Of a stretch of 64,000 nt of DNA, positions 57,701 through 64,000 are shown piece after piece. Position numbers and translations under genes: made by a program. A model generated the notes under the pieces. That model saw only the letters and a program-made list of their open reading frames with translations, had not been told where the DNA came from and ran no database searches. The stretch is from Planctomycetota bacterium (GTDB lineage: Bacteria > Planctomycetota > UBA8108 > SXIK01). The first letter of the stretch is position 1; each line of letters begins with the position of its first letter. The DNA is taken from NCBI GenBank assembly GCA_965223845.1, contig CBDCXR010000004.1, forward strand, positions 6,304,001 through 6,368,000, written 5' to 3'.

Positions 57701-60700
57701 TCGCGACCGTCGCCATGGCTCCCGACGGAACGTACGTCGTCGTCTGGGAGAGCAGTGGCCAGGACGGTGATCTCACCGGTGTCTTTGGCCAGCGCTTTGA
57801 CGCGAGCGGGCAACCGATCGGCGTGGAGTTTCAGGTCAACACCGAAACCGCGAGCGGCCAGGGTGGACCGGCGATCGCGGTGAGCGACAGCGGGAGCTTC
57901 GTCGTCGTCTGGGAGAGCGTGGGGCAGGACGGAGACCAAGGGGGAATCTACGGCCAGCGCTTCGACGTCTCGGGGGCGAAATCGGGAAGCGAATTCCGGG
58001 TCAATACCGTCACGACCGGCGAGCAAGCGAACGCACAGATCGCCATGGACGGCGCCGGCAACTTCGTCGTCGTCTGGACGAGCCTCGGACAAGACGGAAG
58101 CGACGAAGGCGTCTACAAGCAAAGCTACGCCGCAAACGGGACGCCGATCGGCGTTGAGACTCTCGTCAACACTGCAACTGCGAATCACCAGGGCCGTCCG
58201 TCGGTCGACATGAACGACGCGGGGGACTACGTGATCACGTGGTCGAGTGTCTTTCAGGACGGAGACTCGTGGGGCGTCTACGCTCAGCGGTTCGACAGCG
58301 GCGGTGCGGTCGGATCCGAGTTTCTCGTCAATACGACGACCGCAGGTGCGCAGTGGAATTCCGATGTCGCCGTCGATTCGTCCGGGGGATTCGTCATCGT
58401 CTGGGACGATCTCGGCGGCCTCGACGGCGACGGTCGTGGCGTGTTCCTTCAGCGATACGATTCGAGCGGGAATCCGCTCGGAGGCGAGACGCCGGTGAAC
58501 ATCTCGACGGCGGGCGATCAGGAGCTCGCGCGCATCGAGATGCTCGACGACGGGTCGTTCCTCGTCGTCTGGGAGTCCGGCGATCTCTTCGACACGAATG
58601 TCTTCGGACAGCGATTCGATGCCGTGGGGAACGAGGTCGGCGACGAGACGGTACTCGCGACGACGGGCGACTCGGCGCTCTCTTATCCCAGCGTCTCTTC
58701 GAATGGTACGGGGACCTTCGTCGTCTCGTGGTTCGGGAATCGACCGGAAGATGCGGACGGGGTCTACGCTCAGCTCTACGGCGACGAGAACGTGAGTTAC
58801 GTCGCCGGAGACGGAGTGGCCGATGCGACCGTGACGGTCCGCGGGAGCCTGTTCGAGGTGAACGGCCTCCTCGAGGGACTCGTCTACACGCCGAATCCGG
58901 GCTTCAACGGAATCGACACGCTGACGGTCACGACGGACGATCTCGGCAATACAGGGTCGCCCGGACCGCTCCAGGACGTCGACGAGGTTCAGATCACCGT
59001 CGGGAGCACGAACGCGCCGGTCGTGGACCTCGACGCCGACGATTCTTCCGGCGCAGGGGCGAGCAACTTCCTCACGACGTGGACGGAGAGCGGCGGCCCA
59101 GTCCTCCTCGCCGACGTCGACGGCACCGTGGTCGACGCCGACGGGAACATGACGGGTCTCACGGTCACGATCACGAATCTACTCGACGGCATCGACGAAG
59201 TCCTCGCCGCAGACACGACCGGTACCTCGATCGCGGCGAGCTACAACTCGGCTACGGGTGTGCTCTCGCTCACCGGCGCGGACACCGCCGCCAACTACCA
59301 GCAGGTTCTCCGGACGATCACGTACGACAACGCGTCGACCACTCCGGACATCACGGCGCGCATCATCGCCTTCACGCCGCACGACGCGCTTACGGACGGC
59401 AACACGGCGCGGACGACGCTCACGATCGAGGCGATCAACGATCCACCCGTGAACACCGTGCCCGGCGCGCAAGCGACGGCTCAGGATACGCCGCTCGCTT
59501 TCGGCTCTGGAGGCGGAAACCAGATCGCCGTGGCGGACGTCGACGACGAGGAAGTCGAAGTGACCCTCAGCGTGAACGACGGCACGCTGACCGTGAGGCC
59601 GCTCGCGCCGAACGGTGGGGAGACGCTCGTGAACTCGACGACGTCCCTCTCTCAGCTCGCTCCGTCGATCGCGTACGACGCGTCCGAGAATTTCGTCGTC
59701 GCATTCATGGACTCGAGCGCGGACGAAGGCGACATCCGCGTTCGCCGCTTCGACAGCGCGGGAGTTCCGTTCGGGCCTGATTTTCTCGTCAACGCGACGA
59801 CATCGGGGGAGCAGCAAGATCCGGTCATCGCCGGAGCACCCGACGGCCGTTTCGTCGTCGCGTGGGAGAGCCTAGCGCAGGATCAAGCGTCGACCTGGGG
59901 GATCTACGCGCGCGTCTACGACGGAACGGGAACTCCGCTCACGGGTGAGATCCTCGTCAACTCGACGACCGCGGGCGATCAGCGGCGTCCCGCCGTCGTG
60001 ATGCACGACGACGGAACCTTCGCGATCGCGTGGGAGGGGAACGGTTCGGGCGACGCCGACGGAGTCTTCCTGCGGCGATTCGACGCGTCGGGAACCGCGC
60101 TCGATGCGGAGCTGCTGGTGAACGACTCGGTCGGATTCCTCCAGGATACCGTCGCGCTCGGGACGGACGGTGCCGGCAACTACGTCGTCGCGTGGGAGAG
60201 CTCACTCCAGGACGGAGACAACAGCGGGATCTACGCTCGGCGGGTCGACTCGGGCGGCAATCTGGTCGGCAGCGAATTCCAGGTGAACACGACCTCCGCC
60301 CTCGGTCAGTTTACCCCCGCGATCGGTATGGCCGGCGACGGGTCCTTCGTGATCGCATGGGCGAGCCAGGTCCAGGACGGTGATGGCAACGGGGTCTACG
60401 CTCGCCGGTACGACGCCTCTGGAACTCCGCTCGGCGGTGAATTCCTCGTCAATGTGATCACGGCCGGAACCCAGTTCAATCCGTCGGTCGCCGTGCGCTC
60501 GGACGGCGAGTTCGCGGTCGCGTGGCAGACGCCCGACGCCAACAGCAACGGGATCGCCGTTCGCCGTTTCGCCGCGGATGGCACGCCGCTCGGGGGTGAA
60601 GTGGCCGTCAACACGACGACGAGCGGCATCCAACAGCGACCCTGGGTCGCGTACACGCCGAGCGGGAGCCTCGATGTTCTCTGGGACGGGAACGGCAGCG

Positions 60701-63700
60701 GAGACACCGGAGGAGTGTTTCTCCAGCGATACGGCGTTCCCGAAGTGACGTTTACTCTCGGCGACGGATCGGAGGACGCGACGTTCGCGATGCGCGGTGA
60801 GATCGCAGACGTGACGCTCGCGCTCGACGGTCTCGTCTACGCGCCGAACTCGGGCTTCAACGGGACCGATACGCTGACGGTCACGACGGACGATCTCGGC
60901 AATACCGGATCGCCCGGTCCGCTTCAAGATGTCGACAACGTCGCGATCGCGGTGGGGAATCCGAATGCACCGGCGGTGAATCTCGACGCCGACGATTCAT
61001 CCGGCGCAGGCGGGAACGACTTCGCGGCGACGTGGACAGAGGGCGCAGGGCCAGTCTTCATCGCGGATGCCGACGCCTCGTTCGTCGACGGGGACGAGGA
61101 CGCGAACGAGTTGACAGTCACGATCACGAATCTGCTCGACGGCACCGACGAGGTCCTCGCCGCCGACACGAGCGGCACATCGATCGTGGCGAGCTACAAC
61201 TCGGGGACCGGTGTCCTAGCGCTTTCGGGCGCCGACACGGCGGCGAATTACCAGCAAGTGCTTCGGACGATCACCTATGACAACGCGTCGGACACGCCGG
61301 ATCCGACGGCGCGAGTGATCACGTTCACTCCGGTCGATGCGATCTCGAGCGGGAACACCGCGACGACGACGCTCGCCGTTTCGGCGACCAACGATCCGCC
61401 GATCAACTCCGTGCCGGGAGTGCAGACGACGCCGAAGGATACGGAGCTCGTGTTTTCGACGAACGCCGGAAACGCGATCGGCGTCACCGACCCGGACGCG
61501 GCGCCCGAGCTCGAGGTGACGCTCTCCGTGACGAACGGAACGCTGAGTCTCGACCTCGGCGGCGCGATCGCGCTCGAAGCCGCTGCCAACACCACGACGT
61601 CCGGGATCCAGTCCTCGACCGTCGTCGCGACGCGACCGAACGGCGAATCGATCGTCGTCTGGCAGAGCGACCAGACCGGGTCGCTCGAAATCTACGCGCA
61701 GCGGTACGCCCCGAACGGAAGCCTCGTGGGCGGCGAGTTCCGCGTCAACGCCGATACTTCCGGAAGCCAGCGACGACCCGACGTCGGCTACGCTCCCGAC
61801 GGCAGTTTCGTCGTTGTGTGGAGCGACTCGCGCGGCGCTGACGCGGACATCTACTACCGCCGATTCGACGCGTCGGGAACGGCCCTGACTGGAGACGTGA
61901 TCGTCAACACGACTACCGCGGGGCACCAGACCGAGCCTCAGATCGCGTTCGACGGCTCGGGGAACTTCGTCGTGATCTGGGAAGGGGAGGACGCCGACGG
62001 CGAGGGAATCTTCGGCCAGCGGTTCGACGCGTCGGGGAGTTCCGTCGGCGCTGAGTTCTCCGTCAATGCGACGACGGCGGATCAGCAGGACGACCCCGCG
62101 GTCGCGATGGATTCGTCCGGGAACTTCGTCGTCGTCTGGGAGAGCTACCAGCAGGACGGCGACGCAGAAGGCACATACCTCCAGCGCTTCGACTCCGCGG
62201 CGAACAAGATCGGGGGCGAAGTTCAGGTCGCAACGACGACGAGCGGCAGTCAGAACCAGCCCGATATCGCGATGGATTCGTCGGGGAACTTCGTCGTCGT
62301 GTGGGAGATGAACGACTCGGACGACGACGGCGTCTACCTCCAGCGGTTCGACGCGAGCGGTACGAAGCTCGGCGGCGAGACGCTCGTCAACACGAACGAA
62401 ACTCGCGACCAGGAGGATCCGTCGGTCTCGCTGAACGGCGCGGGCGATTTCGTCGTCGTGTGGGAGAGCGTCCAGGCGGACGGAACCACTCACGTGATGG
62501 CGCGCCGTTACGCGGCGGACGGCACGGCGCTCGGCGGCGAGTTCCGCGTGCACGAGGGGGGAGCCGGAGACTATTTCGTCCCGGACGTCGCGGTGAGCGA
62601 CACGGGTTTCGTCGTCGCGTGGGAAGGAGCGGGCGCGGGAGACTCGGACGGTGTCTTCCGGCGCCAGTTCCGCGCGCTCGATCTCACGTTCTCCGCCGGA
62701 GACGGGAGCGAGGACGCGACGATCACCGTCCGCGGTACACCGCCTGACCTGAACGCCGCGCTGAGCGGTCTCATCTATCGTTCGAATGCCGGATACGAGG
62801 GCGCAGATGTGCTCACGATCAGCACGGACGACCTCGGGAGCTCGGGATCCGGAGGGCCGCAGTCGGACGTCGACGTCGTGAACATCAACGTTCAGTTCGC
62901 GCCCGCGCTCGATCTCGATGCGGATGATTCGGCCGCGCCGGGAGTCGACTTCGCCGCGACGTGGACGGAGGCCGGCGGGCCCGTCGCGATCGCCGACGCG
63001 GACGCCGCGCTCTCCGATGTCGACAGCGCGGCGCTCACGCTGCTCGCCGTGACGATCACGAATCTCCTCGACGGCACGGACGAAAGTCTAGCTGCGGACA
63101 CAACGGGAACGAGCATCGCCGCGAGCTACGACGGCGCGACGGGCGTTCTCACGCTCTCCGGAGTCGACAGCGTCGCGAACTACCAGCAGGTCCTCCGAAC
63201 GGTGACGTACGACAACGCGTCGATCGCTCCCGACTTGACGGCGCGCGTGATTAGGTTCGTCGCGCGCGACGGGACGAACGCGAGCGACGTCGCGACGACG
63301 ACGCTCACCGTGAACGCGGTCAACGATCCACCGGTGAACACCGTACCGGGAGATCAATCGACGTTTGAAGACACACCTCTCGTCTTCTCGGTGGCGAACG
63401 GAAATGCGATTTCGGTGAACGATCCCGACGTCGCGACGAACCTCCTCGAGCTGAGCCTCGCCGTCTCGGACGGCACCTTGACGGTGAATCCGACGATCGC
63501 CGAGGGCAGTGAAACCCTGATCAACACGACCACGACGAATAACCAGGTGTCGCCCGAGATCGCGGTCGCCTCGGACGGAAGCTACGTCGTCGTGTGGTCG
63601 AGCTTCAGTCAAGACGGAGATTCCTGGGGCGTCTTCACGCAGCGCTACGACGCGTCGGGAGCCGCGATCGGGGGCGAGACGCAGGTCAATACGACGACGA

Positions 63701-64000
63701 TCTCGATGCAGACGAACGTCCAGGTGGCCATCGATCCGGTGACCGGCGATTCCATCGTCACGTGGTCGAGTCTCAATCAAGACTCGGGTACGACGTGGGG
63801 CATCTACATGCGCCGGCTCGACTCGAGCAGCAATCCGCTGACCGCGGAGACGCTGGTGAACACGACGGTCTCTGGCGACCAATCGTTCTCCACGATCGCT
63901 ATGGACGCTGCGGGGAACTACGCGATCGCGTGGGCCGGCGAAGGCCCCGGCGACGCGTCGGGTGTGTTCGTCCGGCGGTTTGACGCGACGGACACGCCGC
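54781..64000 (+). CDS. Giant LEPRxLL surface protein: SBBP-type propeller + repeated Ig/cadherin-like modules with inserted beta-propellers (3' end outside window)
   Basis: The ATG at 54781 reads MSSRRPRRTPRYRLEELEPRILLSAD, and the frame appears open to base 64000 (absent from the track because it has no stop). LPLAFEENVGQ and YSTFLGGSG SBBP-like repeats precede modules at about 57049, 59014, 60967 and 62899. Confidence 0.9.
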   Translation, partial: MSSRRPRRTPRYRLEELEPRILLSADPLAATDSGPEADILEDAAISATVDVRPESSPNRSDPDGSVDSTQQGTPAPRIDPTALPLAFEENVGQVAAEVDFVARGSGYAVFLADADAVFRFDHGQTESSSIRLEIVGRNEGTASRGESPLGGKSNYFGGSDPREWLTGIDQFASVRYDEVYAGIDVRYYGNQRQLEYDFIIAAGGDPNAIALRIAGAEEVSVDAAGALRIDMGAGHAPIHFNAPFAYQTDANGAQSAVAAEYSLRADGTVGFEVGAYDTDRELVIDPLLEWATYLGGTGVDDASKVEVDAAGNLYLAGHTQSLDFPGSEVGTGLAKSAADTDAFVVKLTSDGTGTIYSSFLAGSGNERVTDLAVDAAGNAYVVGDTASIDFATTANAYDTTYNNSDAFVVKLNADGNTLLYSTFLGGSGANDAANGLALDASGNIYVTGRTDSPDSGNPANQFPITGGAYDGTLGGSTDAYVAKFDPAQSGGASLVYSTFFGGSSGEEGTDIAVDTSGRAHITGFTTSTDLDTTASAYDSALGGSIDTFLARFDASGGILEYSTYFGGALGIDEVAAAIALDPNGLVYVAGRTDASDFPTTAGAADVTFAGSRDVYVAKFDLTESGANALLYATFVGGTGYDIAQDVAIDTNGNAWVVGETRSTDLAVTANAHDGVFSGGLNDAFVAAISTDGSLMPYLSYLGGGGDDVAHGVAVDTVGNVFVAGAAGGSFDNVPAPNSIGPTGSTDAFLVKLDANFAPALDLDANDSSGAGGVDFAATFTEGGGPVAISDSDAILSDADNVVLHSLTVEIGNAFDGAAEILSADTSGTSIALSYDATTHRLTLSGADSTANYQQVLRTVAYENTSSVSNDTARSITFVVSDGLASSTVATATVAIAATNDPPVNTVPGPQVTAQDTPLTFSNANSNALSVADDSGAGIIELTLSVNDGTLTLPSIPAAGPVGRANTETTNVQDFATVAMAPDGTYVVVWESSGQDGDLTGVFGQRFDASGQPIGVEFQVNTETASGQGGPAIAVSDSGSFVVVWESVGQDGDQGGIYGQRFDVSGAKSGSEFRVNTVTTGEQANAQIAMDGAGNFVVVWTSLGQDGSDEGVYKQSYAANGTPIGVETLVNTATANHQGRPSVDMNDAGDYVITWSSVFQDGDSWGVYAQRFDSGGAVGSEFLVNTTTAGAQWNSDVAVDSSGGFVIVWDDLGGLDGDGRGVFLQRYDSSGNPLGGETPVNISTAGDQELARIEMLDDGSFLVVWESGDLFDTNVFGQRFDAVGNEVGDETVLATTGDSALSYPSVSSNGTGTFVVSWFGNRPEDADGVYAQLYGDENVSYVAGDGVADATVTVRGSLFEVNGLLEGLVYTPNPGFNGIDTLTVTTDDLGNTGSPGPLQDVDEVQITVGSTNAPVVDLDADDSSGAGASNFLTTWTESGGPVLLADVDGTVVDADGNMTGLTVTITNLLDGIDEVLAADTTGTSIAASYNSATGVLSLTGADTAANYQQVLRTITYDNASTTPDITARIIAFTPHDALTDGNTARTTLTIEAINDPPVNTVPGAQATAQDTPLAFGSGGGNQIAVADVDDEEVEVTLSVNDGTLTVRPLAPNGGETLVNSTTSLSQLAPSIAYDASENFVVAFMDSSADEGDIRVRRFDSAGVPFGPDFLVNATTSGEQQDPVIAGAPDGRFVVAWESLAQDQASTWGIYARVYDGTGTPLTGEILVNSTTAGDQRRPAVVMHDDGTFAIAWEGNGSGDADGVFLRRFDASGTALDAELLVNDSVGFLQDTVALGTDGAGNYVVAWESSLQDGDNSGIYARRVDSGGNLVGSEFQVNTTSALGQFTPAIGMAGDGSFVIAWASQVQDGDGNGVYARRYDASGTPLGGEFLVNVITAGTQFNPSVAVRSDGEFAVAWQTPDANSNGIAVRRFAADGTPLGGEVAVNTTTSGIQQRPWVAYTPSGSLDVLWDGNGSGDTGGVFLQRYGVPEVTFTLGDGSEDATFAMRGEIADVTLALDGLVYAPNSGFNGTDTLTVTTDDLGNTGSPGPLQDVDNVAIAVGNPNAPAVNLDADDSSGAGGNDFAATWTEGAGPVFIADADASFVDGDEDANELTVTITNLLDGTDEVLAADTSGTSIVASYNSGTGVLALSGADTAANYQQVLRTITYDNASDTPDPTARVITFTPVDAISSGNTATTTLAVSATNDPPINSVPGVQTTPKDTELVFSTNAGNAIGVTDPDAAPELEVTLSVTNGTLSLDLGGAIALEAAANTTTSGIQSSTVVATRPNGESIVVWQSDQTGSLEIYAQRYAPNGSLVGGEFRVNADTSGSQRRPDVGYAPDGSFVVVWSDSRGADADIYYRRFDASGTALTGDVIVNTTTAGHQTEPQIAFDGSGNFVVIWEGEDADGEGIFGQRFDASGSSVGAEFSVNATTADQQDDPAVAMDSSGNFVVVWESYQQDGDAEGTYLQRFDSAANKIGGEVQVATTTSGSQNQPDIAMDSSGNFVVVWEMNDSDDDGVYLQRFDASGTKLGGETLVNTNETRDQEDPSVSLNGAGDFVVVWESVQADGTTHVMARRYAADGTALGGEFRVHEGGAGDYFVPDVAVSDTGFVVAWEGAGAGDSDGVFRRQFRALDLTFSAGDGSEDATITVRGTPPDLNAALSGLIYRSNAGYEGADVLTISTDDLGSSGSGGPQSDVDVVNINVQFAPALDLDADDSAAPGVDFAATWTEAGGPVAIADADAALSDVDSAALTLLAVTITNLLDGTDESLAADTTGTSIAASYDGATGVLTLSGVDSVANYQQVLRTVTYDNASIAPDLTARVIRFVARDGTNASDVATTTLTVNAVNDPPVNTVPGDQSTFEDTPLVFSVANGNAISVNDPDVATNLLELSLAVSDGTLTVNPTIAEGSETLINTTTTNNQVSPEIAVASDGSYVVVWSSFSQDGDSWGVFTQRYDASGAAIGGETQVNTTTISMQTNVQVAIDPVTGDSIVTWSSLNQDSGTTWGIYMRRLDSSSNPLTAETLVNTTVSGDQSFSTIAMDAAGNYAIAWAGEGPGDASGVFVRRFDATDTP

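Noticed and set aside
54787-63983. Numerous short track ORFs in the last 9 kb
   Set aside because: All are off-frame or antisense to the single frame-1 giant ORF.

Overview
GC-rich bacterial chromosomal window. It is most likely from a planctomycete, an inference from the LEPRxLL-type giant surface protein, dockerin-like C-terminal tails, ASPIC/UnbV+TPR pair, Tat-type Gfo/Idh/MocA proteins and prenyltransferase-repeat protein. About 38 real CDS are mixed with many spurious antisense ORFs. Housekeeping and metabolic genes include glgP, prs, a nitrilase-family hydrolase, an ornithine cyclodeaminase homologue, Na:solute, MATE and ClC-CBS transporters, and an ArsM-like methyltransferase. There is also a small EPS cluster and two decayed toxin-antitoxin loci. 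The most notable content is exported protein architecture: (i) an 821-aa secreted protein with 14 mirror-symmetric Cys repeats (C-x3-C-x10-C-x9-C-x10-C-x3-C) and a dockerin-like tail; (ii) a pentaheme cytochrome c/beta-helix protein with the same tail; (iii) a >3,070-aa ORF missing from the ORF track (54781 to window end), in which 7-repeat propellers are inserted inside Ig/cadherin-like domains in ~1.95-kb modules; (iv) a signal peptidase I homologue lacking both catalytic residues and a priming phosphoglycosyltransferase with degenerate catalytic motifs; (v) a dispersed CTTCGYG repeat just 3' of three genes. No rRNA, tRNA, CRISPR array, integrase or transposase was recognised. All family assignments come from motif recognition by eye, not database searches.
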